Below, one piece after another: positions 16,258-24,561 of a stretch of DNA of 50,111 bases. Below the pieces are notes generated by a model. That model was not told the origin of the DNA, made no database searches, and worked only from the letters and a program-made list of their open reading frames with translations. The translations under genes and the position numbers were made by a program. The stretch covers positions 1 through 50,111 of IMG/VR virus record IMGVR_UViG_3300003322_000802; one strand, given 5' to 3'. The number at the start of each line of letters is the position of its first letter. Position 1 is the first letter of the stretch. Source of the DNA: a virus.

Positions 16258-16534
16258 GGGGAGGGCGAACGCAGTGAGCAACCTGGCAACGAGGCCCCCG
16301 TACCGCTTCCGCTGCGACAACCCGGGGTGCAAGGAGCGGCATGATGGGCAACCATGGCAGAAATCAGGGCAGGTCAGGGCTTACATGCGTGAGCTGGGGT
16401 GGGTCGCCGTGCTTGTGCGTCATTCCAGCTCTCCGGGCGGCCTGTCCACTCGCCGCGTTGATGACCTATGTCCCAAGCATGCCGGTAAGGCTGCCACCTG
16501 GTCCCCCAAAGAAACACGAGGAATTCAGCGATGA
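16247..16534 (+). CDS. Hypothetical Cys/His protein (95 aa)
   Basis: An internal ATG overlaps the upstream gene end. CDNPGC...CPKH suggests a Zn site. Confidence 0.45.
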   Translation: MAIEGRANAVSNLATRPPYRFRCDNPGCKERHDGQPWQKSGQVRAYMRELGWVAVLVRHSSSPGGLSTRRVDDLCPKHAGKAATWSPKETRGIQR

Positions 16535-16800
16535 CTTTGAAGTACGAGCTATTCAACGACGCTATCGCCGAGATTGAGGCTGAAGTCGCCAACGCCACCG
16601 ACCACTACCCGCCCTTCAACTCCGCCCATGAGGGCTTCTCCATCCTGAAGGAAGAGGTGGATGAGCTGTGGGATGAGGTGCGGGTGAAACAGGGGAAGCG
16701 GGACGTGGCTAAGATGCGGCACGAGGCGATGCAGGTGGCTGCCATGGCCATCCGCTTCATGATGGACATTGCCCGGGAGGAAGGGAGCGGCCAGAAGTGA
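16531..16800 (+). CDS. MazG-like all-alpha nucleoside triphosphate pyrophosphohydrolase
   Basis: NSAHEGFSILKEEVDELWDEV carries the EExxE/D metal-binding helix typical of phage MazG-like proteins. Confidence 0.55.
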   Translation: MTLKYELFNDAIAEIEAEVANATDHYPPFNSAHEGFSILKEEVDELWDEVRVKQGKRDVAKMRHEAMQVAAMAIRFMMDIAREEGSGQK

Positions 16801-16916
16801 TCTACGAAATAGCGTTCTCCGCTTTCATCTACGGAGCGTTCTCTTTCATCTTCTTCTACCTGTTCCCGCCCATGATCGAGCTTCGTGAGCGGGTAGCTAA
16901 GCTGGAGAAGGCATGA
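16797..16916 (+). CDS. Small membrane protein (39 aa)
   Basis: GTGA overlap upstream and ATGA overlap with nrdJ. Sequence IAFSAFIYGAFSFIFFYLF. Confidence 0.45.
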   Translation: MIYEIAFSAFIYGAFSFIFFYLFPPMIELRERVAKLEKA

Positions 16917-18622
16917 CCTGGCAACCTGAAGGATATGGGCTGGAGATTTTCCGCTCCCGCCACGCTGCGCATCCCGAGGAGACGTGGGAAGAGGCGTGTC
17001 TCCGAGTTGCCAGCCACGTAGCTGCCGCGGAGGAGGGCATCCTACGGCCCCTGTGGACGGGGATCTTCAACGAGCTGCTGGCCTCCAACAAGCTGATGCC
17101 GGGGGGTCGCATCTGGTACGGGGCCGGTCGCGCCCGTGGTCAGCTGCTCAATTGCTTTGTTGTGCCCACCGCGGACAGCCGGGAAGGCTGGGGGAAGACG
17201 GTCTATGACTCGATTGTCATCTCTGGGACGGGAGGGGGTGTTGGCATTAACTGTTCACCTGTTCGACCCAGGGGGACGGCTGTACGGGGCACGGGTGGTG
17301 TCGCTACGGGTGCCGTCAGTCTTATGGAGGTTGTTAACGCTGCTGGCGAGGTCATCAAGGCCGGTGGAGGTCGACGAACTGCCCTGATGCTCTGCCTGGC
17401 CCTCGACCATGGCGACATCAGCGAATTCCTCGACAAGAAGCTGGATCTGGGGGCCCTCAACAACGCCAACGTGAGCGTGGTGTTCGACACGGATCCCGAG
17501 CTGTTCTTCTCCGACGTGACCAACGACGCCATGTGGCCGCTGTTCCACGGGTCGACGCGGGTGGGAGAAATCCCGGCGAAGAAGTTGTGGGATCGCATCG
17601 TGGCCAATGCCCTCAACAGCGGCGAGCCCGGTATCCTGAACGGGTACCTGGCCAACCGGATGAGCAACACGTGGTACCTGGAGCCGCTCGTTAGCACCAA
17701 CCCCTGCGGCGAGATCTGGATGCCGCCGTACGACTGCTGCTGCCTGGGGGCGCTTGTCCTACCCCGCTTCCTGGATCACCGCGGTGAGTTCCAGTGGGAT
17801 CGGCTGAACGAGGCCATCCACGCCAGCGTGCGGTTCCTTGATAATGTGCTCACGGTCAACAACTACCCGCTGCCCGAGATCGCGGAGAAGTGTGCTCAGC
17901 TGCGACGTATCGGCCTAGGGGTGACGGGTCTACATGACCTCCTCCTGGAGCTGGGGCTCAGGTACAATTCGACCGAGGGCCTGGAGTTCGTTGATCGGCT
18001 GATGAAGTTCATCAAGAACATGAGCTACGAGGCGAGCAGCAACCTGGCGGCGGAGAAGGGTAGCTTCCCCGGCTTCGATGCTGAGAAGTTCCTGAAGTCC
18101 GGCTTCACCAAGAGCCTGCGTCCCAAGCTGCGGCAGAAGATCGCTGAGATGGGCATGAGAAACTGTGCCGTCAACACGATCGCCCCCACGGGCACCATCA
18201 GCATCGTCTGCGGCACCTCCTCGGGTATCGAGCCGATGTTCGCCTCCGCCTACGAGCGGACCTACCGGGACGGTGAGGAGCTGGCCAAGGAGACGGTTAT
18301 CCATCCTCTCTTCCAGCGGTTCCTGGACGAGGGGCGGGATACCAGCCACTTCCAGGGAGCCCATGAGCTGTCGATGAGGGACCACTTCGAGATGCAGCGG
18401 GTGTGCCAGCGGCATGTGGATAACGCGGTGAGCAAGACCATCAACGTGCCAGCGGGGACGAGCGCGGATGAGCTGAGCGAGTTGTACATGGAGTACCTGC
18501 CCGACCTGAAGGGGGTCACCGTGTACCCGGACGGCAGCCGCGAGAATCAGCCGCTGGCGCCACTCAACCTGGAGGATGCAATGAAGGCAGCGGGATGCCG
18601 CAGTGGGGTGTGCGAGCTGTGA
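16913..18622 (+). CDS. nrdJ: Class II (adenosylcobalamin-dependent) ribonucleotide reductase
   Basis: Active-site TNPCGEI, TIAPTGTISI, and the C-terminal Cys pair CRSGVC. Size and motifs fit class II rather than class I or III. Confidence 0.85.
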   Translation: MTWQPEGYGLEIFRSRHAAHPEETWEEACLRVASHVAAAEEGILRPLWTGIFNELLASNKLMPGGRIWYGAGRARGQLLNCFVVPTADSREGWGKTVYDSIVISGTGGGVGINCSPVRPRGTAVRGTGGVATGAVSLMEVVNAAGEVIKAGGGRRTALMLCLALDHGDISEFLDKKLDLGALNNANVSVVFDTDPELFFSDVTNDAMWPLFHGSTRVGEIPAKKLWDRIVANALNSGEPGILNGYLANRMSNTWYLEPLVSTNPCGEIWMPPYDCCCLGALVLPRFLDHRGEFQWDRLNEAIHASVRFLDNVLTVNNYPLPEIAEKCAQLRRIGLGVTGLHDLLLELGLRYNSTEGLEFVDRLMKFIKNMSYEASSNLAAEKGSFPGFDAEKFLKSGFTKSLRPKLRQKIAEMGMRNCAVNTIAPTGTISIVCGTSSGIEPMFASAYERTYRDGEELAKETVIHPLFQRFLDEGRDTSHFQGAHELSMRDHFEMQRVCQRHVDNAVSKTINVPAGTSADELSELYMEYLPDLKGVTVYPDGSRENQPLAPLNLEDAMKAAGCRSGVCEL

Positions 18623-18831
18623 GCAAACACAACAAGTATGGGGAGAGGCTGCAGCTGTTCCGCTACACAGCGTCCACTGCCCCCACAAGCAACAGTCACG
18701 GCTGGAGGAACAACGTGGCGGGAAATGTGGCAGCCATGACCATGCAGGATGCCATCTCTAAGATCGAAGCAGAGTATGGAGACGACTTGGAGATCTACAG
18801 CGTCAACCACGCGGGGTATCTCCTACCATGA
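18619..18831 (+). CDS. Hypothetical protein (70 aa, GTG start)
   Basis: GTGA overlap with the nrdJ stop. Confidence 0.45.
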   Translation: MSKHNKYGERLQLFRYTASTAPTSNSHGWRNNVAGNVAAMTMQDAISKIEAEYGDDLEIYSVNHAGYLLP

Positions 18832-19385
18832 CGATCAACAGCAGAGCCACGGTCATCGCCGGCAGGGCGCTACAGGGCCTGGGCTGGGCGGATGTTCAGT
18901 ACTCGATGGAGCCGGGGAAGAACGGAGGGCGACGTCCCCTGGGTGAGACCTGTGCTTCCACGTGGGAGAAGAACGGGAAGACCTACCACACCAGCGACTG
19001 CATCGGCTTCGCCATGTGGTGCCTGGGCATGGATCGCTTCCAGCAGCTACGGTTTCCCCTGTACGGCGGTTGGATCAACACAGACTCCCTAGTCCAGGCC
19101 GCAGACTCCCGGGCCTCCTGGAACGGTACACAGCGTCTGGTGGCAAGGATCCTGGAGCGGCCGGAGATGGGGGCGGTTGTGGTCTACCCGAGCTGGCGGC
19201 GACTGGGGGTGGGGCCGCGGGTTCCAGGGCATATTGGAGTCTGCGTGGATGACAAGGGCACCGTGGTCCATTGCCATGGGCCGGCGCTGCGGGGTCGGGC
19301 TATTAGCACAGGGAGGATCGAGGCATGGACGAAGCACAAGGGAGCAAGGATTCTGTGGGTCAACCATCCGCTGATCGTCGAGTAG
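18828..19385 (+). CDS. NlpC/P60 (CHAP-like) cysteine peptidase; candidate cell-wall hydrolase
   Basis: Nucleophile context SDCIGFAMW, then GHIGVCV and VVHCHG (a Cys-His-His/polar triad arrangement). Confidence 0.65.
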   Translation: MTINSRATVIAGRALQGLGWADVQYSMEPGKNGGRRPLGETCASTWEKNGKTYHTSDCIGFAMWCLGMDRFQQLRFPLYGGWINTDSLVQAADSRASWNGTQRLVARILERPEMGAVVVYPSWRRLGVGPRVPGHIGVCVDDKGTVVHCHGPALRGRAISTGRIEAWTKHKGARILWVNHPLIVE

Positions 19386-20044
19386 ACGTCCTGGACCACG
19401 GGTACGTCGCCCTGGTCGACACGATGGGGGATGATCTTACCCCCGCCCGCTGCGCACGGACGAGCTTCAACGGCGGGCTTGAGGAGCGCGAAGCGGAGAA
19501 GGACAAGCGGCTGCTCGGCTACCTGGTGCGTAACCAGCACAACACGCCACTGGAGTTCTGCCAGGTCCGCTTCTACATGAAGCTGCCCCTCTTCGTGGCG
19601 GCTCAGCTGGTGCGTCATAGGACGGCGTCCATCAACCAGGTGAGCTACCGCTATGTAGCTGCTCGGGATGAGTTCTATCTCCCCGAGGCTTCCCGCATGG
19701 TGAAACGGCCTGAGAACATGAAGCAGGGTTCAGGTTCCGAGGTGGTTCTGGCGCCTGAGGGTTGTCGTGGGTTTCTCGAGGGTAGCTACAGGCAGGCCTT
19801 CGCAGCCTATCAGATACTGCTGGAGAATGAGCTGGCACCAGAGATAGCCCGCATCGTGTTGCCCCAGGCCACCTACACCGAGTGGTACTGGCAGAATGAT
19901 CTCCACAACACCATCCACTTCCTTCGGCTCCGGCTGGATGAGCACGCGCAGTGGGAGACCCGGCAGTACGCGATCGCGATGCGGGATCTGCTGCTGGGGG
20001 TGTTCCCCACGGCGCTGGAGGCGGCTGGGCTGTATCCGAAGTGA
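19355..20044 (+). CDS. thyX: Flavin-dependent thymidylate synthase
   Basis: ThyX motif RHRTASINQVSYRY. The N-terminus VDVLDHGYVALVDTMGDD aligns with known ThyX starts. GTG 19355 is preceded by AAGGA (alternative ATG at 19325). Confidence 0.9.
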   Translation: MGQPSADRRVDVLDHGYVALVDTMGDDLTPARCARTSFNGGLEEREAEKDKRLLGYLVRNQHNTPLEFCQVRFYMKLPLFVAAQLVRHRTASINQVSYRYVAARDEFYLPEASRMVKRPENMKQGSGSEVVLAPEGCRGFLEGSYRQAFAAYQILLENELAPEIARIVLPQATYTEWYWQNDLHNTIHFLRLRLDEHAQWETRQYAIAMRDLLLGVFPTALEAAGLYPK

Positions 20045-20280
20045 GCATCTCCCATGAGATGAAAGGCCTGAAGGGGTGCCGCTCGGTGTTCGACTGGCCG
20101 CGGCTCTGCTGGCCCCTGCATAGATGCCTCTGCGGCGCCGTCGCCCGGTTCCGCACTCCAGGTCCTGGACTATACATCTGCAGTTATCGATGCAGCAAGG
20201 GCAGAGGGGAGAAGGCCCCGTGGTGGGAAACCATCAGGAACCCCCATCATCCGCTCTATCCGAAACATAGCCCCAAATAG
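20041..20280 (+). CDS. Cys-rich hypothetical protein (79 aa, GTG start)
   Basis: GTGA overlap with the thyX stop. Several CxxC-like pairs. Confidence 0.4.
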   Translation: MSISHEMKGLKGCRSVFDWPRLCWPLHRCLCGAVARFRTPGPGLYICSYRCSKGRGEKAPWWETIRNPHHPLYPKHSPK

Positions 20281-20324
20281 AAAAGGCCCCTGGAACCTAG
20301 TGCTCCAGGGGCCTTTGTTGTTTT
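20281..20324. terminator. Bidirectional intrinsic terminator between the convergent arms
   Basis: A 10-bp stem, GGCCCCTGGA (20285-94) with TCCAGGGGCC (20304-13), is flanked by AAAA upstream and TTTGTTGTTTT downstream. Confidence 0.8.
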
Positions 20325-20327
20325 CAG

Positions 20328-20501
20328 CTACGCCTTCTTAGCCAGCAGCTTCTGAACGATCTCCTTCACCGCGGCTTCAATCTCCGGGTGCTGGAAGACC
20401 GCATCATCCACGGTGTTCTTCGTCTTCTTACTGACGTAGGCACCAACCTGCCAAACGAGGCTCAGTCCCGCGAGGACCAGCCCAAGGACTCCAAGATCCA
20501 T
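20328..20501 (-). CDS. Small membrane protein (57 aa), last gene of the late arm; holin or antiholin candidate
   Basis: SD GAGGG lies 5 nt before the ATG. TM segment LGVLGLVLAGLSLVWQVGAY plus a charged tail. Confidence 0.55.
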   Translation of the reverse strand: MDLGVLGLVLAGLSLVWQVGAYVSKKTKNTVDDAVFQHPEIEAAVKEIVQKLLAKKA

Positions 20502-20798
20502 ATGAACCCTCTGAAAGTTGTGTACGCTGTCTTTGTGACCGATGACTCTGGCCTGGCCACGATGTGCTACAGCCACGGGGCACAGGAAAGTGAGGCTATT
20601 GCAGTTGAGCTAGCTAAGGTGCTCAACGAGATCGAGACCGAGGACCACCCGGAGAGCGACGTCTACTATTTCGTGCGGGAGATCGACGTCTGGCCGATCC
20701 CGAGCCGGGCCCATAGCTACGCGAAGCGGTGGGAACAGCTGGAGCTACCAGGGGACTGGGGGCACCGCGGTCCAGCTGACTGGTCGCGCGGAGAGTGA
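20502..20798 (+). CDS. Orphan plus-strand ORF (98 aa) embedded antisense in the late arm
   Basis: Good codon use (gag atc gag acc gag gac ...), whereas both overlapping minus-strand frames use poor codons. Confidence 0.45.
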   Translation: MNPLKVVYAVFVTDDSGLATMCYSHGAQESEAIAVELAKVLNEIETEDHPESDVYYFVREIDVWPIPSRAHSYAKRWEQLELPGDWGHRGPADWSRGE

Positions 20799-21144
20799 GG
20801 CCCAGCTGCGTCATCATCCTGTTAACCGTGGCTACCGGGTGGCTGATGGCGTCCTCATTGGTGCAGCGAACTACCACCCAGCCGATCTCCTTCAGCCGCT
20901 GCGAGCGCTGGTAGTCTTTCTCGATCTGCTCCGGTGACATATGCCCCTCGTCATCCACCTCGATGACCACCCGGTAGTCGATCAGGGCGAAGTCAGCGAA
21001 GAAAGGCACATCATTGCCGTGGTAAAGGAAGAACGGAAACTGGGTACGGTACCTGACTCCCATCGAGGCAACCGCGGGCTCGATGGCATGTTCCGCTGGG
21101 GTGCCCTTGTAGAGGCTGGCCCATACTTTATGCATGAAGCTCAT
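20623..21144 (-). CDS. DUF559 (Vsr-like PD-(D/E)XK) endonuclease-domain protein with a low-complexity C-terminal tail
   Basis: FADFALIDYRVVIEVDDEGH...RSQRLKEIGWVVVRCTNED matches DUF559 (PF04480). The last 55 or so codons are R/S/P-rich with rare codons. Confidence 0.65.
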   Translation of the reverse strand: MSFMHKVWASLYKGTPAEHAIEPAVASMGVRYRTQFPFFLYHGNDVPFFADFALIDYRVVIEVDDEGHMSPEQIEKDYQRSQRLKEIGWVVVRCTNEDAISHPVATVNRMMTQLGLTLRATSQLDRGAPSPLVAPAVPTASRSYGPGSGSARRRSPARNSRRRSPGGPRSRSR

Positions 21145-21161
21145 AGTGCGAGGGTACCGAG

Positions 21162-21485
21162 CTATGGCTTGAGGTACGGGTCGCCCTTGATGAGATCACT
21201 CACATCGATGAACTCCACGTAGCTGCAGGCCTTGACCGCATGGGTCCAGTCGCTGAGAGAGGCAACCCAGGCGGCCAACGCGGCCAGCTCCGGTGGCGAG
21301 GTACAGGCGGCCTCAATGTTCCCCTCCGCATCCAGGGTGCATCGGACGAAGGTGACATCGGGGAGAACGGGAACCGGCCCTACGTGGCAGGGGGTCACCT
21401 TCGCTGGAACAGCGCGCTCAATTATCCTTGGGCCACAGCTTGCCAGACTGCACCCAAGCGTCAATAGCCACATCAATCGAAGCAT
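21162..21485 (-). CDS. Outer-membrane lipoprotein spanin (o-spanin)
   Basis: Signal peptide with lipobox LASC. The mature part is Pro/Cys-rich. The start is embedded in the 3' end of the i-spanin gene in another frame. Confidence 0.7.
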   Translation of the reverse strand: MLRLMWLLTLGCSLASCGPRIIERAVPAKVTPCHVGPVPVLPDVTFVRCTLDAEGNIEAACTSPPELAALAAWVASLSDWTHAVKACSYVEFIDVSDLIKGDPYLKP

Positions 21486-21711
21486 CCTTCGCCTTCTCCT
21501 TGGCCGCCTGGAATCGTAGGGAGTCGCGAATGGCCCGATCCTTCTCGGCAGCGACGGCCCTGGCGGCCTCCTGGTCGCGGGTGGACTTGGCGAGCACCGC
21601 CTCCTCCTCCCTTGACTTCATCTTCGATCTATAATAAGCCACGGCGACGATGAGTGCAACTACCATGCCAACCTCCAGCACCGTCGCGATCAGCTCCCCG
21701 TAGGTTCCCAT
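21418..21711 (-). CDS. Inner-membrane spanin (i-spanin)
   Basis: N-terminal TM (VLEVGMVVALIVAVAYY) plus a charged coiled-coil periplasmic domain. Overlaps the o-spanin gene by 68 nt. Confidence 0.65.
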   Translation of the reverse strand: MGTYGELIATVLEVGMVVALIVAVAYYRSKMKSREEEAVLAKSTRDQEAARAVAAEKDRAIRDSLRFQAAKEKAKDASIDVAIDAWVQSGKLWPKDN

Positions 21712-21726
21712 AGGTACTCCTAATGC

Positions 21727-21975
21727 CTAGTGTCTCCAGCTGTCCCCGGAATCGCTGAGCCGCGTAGCCTCCAGCCGATCCACGCGGGCCTCCAGCATTT
21801 CGCAGCGGCGGTTGGTTGCCTGGTTGGCCACCTCCAGCCGCTCCGCCAGCGCCTTCATCTGGGTGACCACCTCAGCGACCGCCGTGGTGTTCTTGTTATC
21901 CGCCTGTGTCTGCCGCACCTTGGCGATCACATCGATGATGAGGGTGACCAGCAACGCAACAACCGTGATATCCAT
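21727..21975 (-). CDS. N-terminal TM plus coiled-coil protein; holin-like lysis protein candidate
   Basis: TM segment ITVVALLVTLIIDVIA. It is the first gene of the lysis block. Confidence 0.45.
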   Translation of the reverse strand: MDITVVALLVTLIIDVIAKVRQTQADNKNTTAVAEVVTQMKALAERLEVANQATNRRCEMLEARVDRLEATRLSDSGDSWRH

Positions 21976-21991
21976 GTTCCTCTCACTTCTC

Positions 21992-23539
21992 TCACTGGGG
22001 GCAGGAGCCGGTCACTGCCACTGTTCCGAATGTGAATGAGTTGTTGACGCCGCCGGGACCCGTGGGCACCCCTGTGACGCCTGCCGTCAGGCCGCAGCCG
22101 GTGACATTGCCGTAGATGGTGCCTGCCCGGAGCGCCCCGGTGCCATCGTCCAGACTGACAGCGGTTCGGAGGGGACCCCCGGGCGCCGGGTTGAAGACGT
22201 TGTTGCCGGCGATGGTCGCGTTGAGCATGCGGGCCGCGCCATTGCCAAAGATTGCCACCCCGTACTGACCGAAGCCGGTGATCGAGTTACCGATCACGGT
22301 GGCGGACTCGAAGTCGACCTCGGTGGTGGTGGCTCGCAGATAGACCCCCGCGTACCCGACCTGGAGGCTGGTGGCGCCGCCGATCAGCGTGTTGCCCCGC
22401 ACCTCAACCGAGATGGCACCATCCACCCGAACCCCGAATCCCTTGGGGTGGTCCACCTGGATCTTGTTCTCCACGATGCGGATATCGTAGGGGTACTCGC
22501 CGGTGGTGCCGAAAATGCCGACGCCGCCTACCGACACCGTGGACAGCTGCGTCAACCGGCAGTTGTTGTGGGTGTACAGCACGTCGCTGGATGTGCGCCA
22601 GACCTCCAGGCAGGGCTTCTTGGTCCCGTTGATACCGTCCAGGTTGTCCCGGATCGTGACGTGCTTTCCCCGTGTCACCAGCACCGGGCCATTGAGCACG
22701 TTGTCATGGATGCTCCAGCGCTCGCTGTAGCTGCCCTCCCGATCGATGGGGCCACCCACCGCCACCACGTAGTCATTGAGCCCCGCGGAGATGGTGTTCC
22801 CGTAGACCTCCACATCGTAGGCGGGACCGTGCTCATTGTCGATCGGCTGGCTGGTGATGCCCACGAAGCGGCTGTTGCGGATCGTGACCCGGGCCACGGG
22901 GGTCGGCGGTTGCGGGGGAATGAGCGCCAGCATGTCGGGGGGAGCCAGGCTGATGCCATCCCGCTGGTTGTACTGGAAATCGACGTCATCCACCAGCACA
23001 TCCGTGACATTGGCGTTGAGATTGACCCCGTCGCCAGTGTGGTCATGGAAGTTGACGCGGGTGATGGTGATGCCGCTGCTGTTGATCAATGACAGCCCCT
23101 GGTGGTGCTCGATCAGACCATCGTAGGCGGTCACGGTGCCGCTGCCCGGCTTGCTGCCGCTCACGTCGATGTCCCGCAGCGTGAATCCGACCACGCCGCT
23201 GACCCGCAGCATCCAGACGGTGTCCACGTCATCCGCCTCCCCTGGGTCCAGGATCAGCTTGGTGGAGCTGATCCCCTCTCCCTCGATGGTCAGGGACTTG
23301 TTGATGAGCAGGCACCAGGTGGCGCTGCTGGGCGCCTGGGCCAGGGTGTAGCTGCCAGCGGGGAAGTGGATGATGGAGCCGGCGGGCACCGAGTTGATCA
23401 GTGCCTGGACGGTGGCTGTGGCCTGCGCAGGGGTGGCTCCGGGGGCCAGGGTAACAGTGTACCTATCGGAGGACCAGACATCCGGCGCGAGAAGCAGCAG
23501 CGGAAGAGCCACCAGAGCCGCCGTATAGAGGGAACGCAC
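21992..23539 (-). CDS. Right-handed parallel beta-helix (pectate-lyase-fold) protein with an N-terminal signal peptide; depolymerase or tailspike-like
   Basis: MRSLYTAALVALPLLLLAPDVWSS signal-like N-terminus. Repeated NxxGIxI/VxN beta-helix rungs (for example SGITITRVNFHDHTGDGVNL). Confidence 0.6.
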   Translation of the reverse strand: MRSLYTAALVALPLLLLAPDVWSSDRYTVTLAPGATPAQATATVQALINSVPAGSIIHFPAGSYTLAQAPSSATWCLLINKSLTIEGEGISSTKLILDPGEADDVDTVWMLRVSGVVGFTLRDIDVSGSKPGSGTVTAYDGLIEHHQGLSLINSSGITITRVNFHDHTGDGVNLNANVTDVLVDDVDFQYNQRDGISLAPPDMLALIPPQPPTPVARVTIRNSRFVGITSQPIDNEHGPAYDVEVYGNTISAGLNDYVVAVGGPIDREGSYSERWSIHDNVLNGPVLVTRGKHVTIRDNLDGINGTKKPCLEVWRTSSDVLYTHNNCRLTQLSTVSVGGVGIFGTTGEYPYDIRIVENKIQVDHPKGFGVRVDGAISVEVRGNTLIGGATSLQVGYAGVYLRATTTEVDFESATVIGNSITGFGQYGVAIFGNGAARMLNATIAGNNVFNPAPGGPLRTAVSLDDGTGALRAGTIYGNVTGCGLTAGVTGVPTGPGGVNNSFTFGTVAVTGSCPQ

Positions 23540-23542
23540 GGC

Positions 23543-24553
23543 TCACCGCGTCGTGGTCATGTAGCCACCGGCATCACCCAGATCCAGTGACAGGTTCCTG
23601 ATCGTGGTCCCCGCGGATGCGATCCAGCTGAGCATGGCCTGGGTGGCGCGGGTGGATCCCGAGGGGATGTGGGTGAAGCTGCCGGCACCGCACACCTGGC
23701 TACCGTTGATGTAGAAGCGAACGGCGCTGGCGGCATCCACCTCGACGCGGAGCTTGTACCAGGTGTTAATGGCGAAGACGGTGCCGCTGTCCACGGTGTC
23801 ACGGACACTGTTGGCCGCGTCCTTGCACTGGAAGTTGGCGGCGGCGTTGCTGTTGACCTCGAAGTACACGCCGTCCACGCAGTCACCGTTCACCACGTCG
23901 CAGTAGCCGGCACGTAGCGTCTCGGTGTCGGTGCCGTTGCTCAGGTGGTCCGCCTGGAAGATCCACTCGGCGTAGACATTGGCCCCGGTGCCAAAGACCA
24001 CGGAGCCACCAGTCGACTGGCCGGTGTAGAAGGCGGCGCGGTCCGTGGCAGCGTCGAGGCTGACCAGGTAGGCGCCTGGGTGCTGGGCATCGATGACGGA
24101 ACCGATGCTGGTGAGCGTCACACCGGAGAGGGCCGCTGAGAAGCAGTTACCCGCGGTGGACGAGGGGACGGCACCCAGCAGATCATCGTAGCAGCGCCAC
24201 TGAACATCGGTACGCAGCTGCGTCTGGCGGCACTGCCACGCGGATCCCGACCAGATGGGGACCGAGCCGGCTGCACAGCCCGTGGAGTCCCAGCTCAGGT
24301 TAGCGTCGCCGGATGCCACGCCGCCGGCCAGCGGGTAGCTGGTATTGACCGCGGTGATATCGCCGCCACCTCCCCCGCCGCCACCCAGGGAGCCACCCCA
24401 GATGGCGGGTTGCACCTTGGCGGGAGGGTTCCGGTAGTCAGCGATCCAGCCGCGTACATTGAGCGCCGTGTTGAGCGCCACGACGCCGAGGAACAGGACG
24501 CCGAGGGTTCTCGTTGCGTACTTCAGGATCTTGTTACGAGCCAGTGTGTCCAT
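23543..24553 (-). CDS. N-terminally membrane-anchored protein with a poly-Gly linker and a LamG/ConA-like C-terminal domain
   Basis: SD GAGGA lies before ATG 24553. TM segment TLGVLFLGVVALNTAL, then an eight-residue Gly run (GGGGGGGG). WYKLRVEVDAASAVRFYINGSQV is a lectin-fold-like motif. Confidence 0.5.
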   Translation of the reverse strand: MDTLARNKILKYATRTLGVLFLGVVALNTALNVRGWIADYRNPPAKVQPAIWGGSLGGGGGGGGDITAVNTSYPLAGGVASGDANLSWDSTGCAAGSVPIWSGSAWQCRQTQLRTDVQWRCYDDLLGAVPSSTAGNCFSAALSGVTLTSIGSVIDAQHPGAYLVSLDAATDRAAFYTGQSTGGSVVFGTGANVYAEWIFQADHLSNGTDTETLRAGYCDVVNGDCVDGVYFEVNSNAAANFQCKDAANSVRDTVDSGTVFAINTWYKLRVEVDAASAVRFYINGSQVCGAGSFTHIPSGSTRATQAMLSWIASAGTTIRNLSLDLGDAGGYMTTTR

Positions 24554-24561
24554 GGCGGTCC

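Noticed and set aside
20388-20576. The longer versions of both divergent ORFs (plus ORF from 20388; minus ORF up to 20576).
   Set aside because: Each extension is antisense to the better-coding part of the other gene and uses AT-ending rare codons. The internal starts at 20502 (plus) and 20501 (minus, with SD GAGGG) are preferred.
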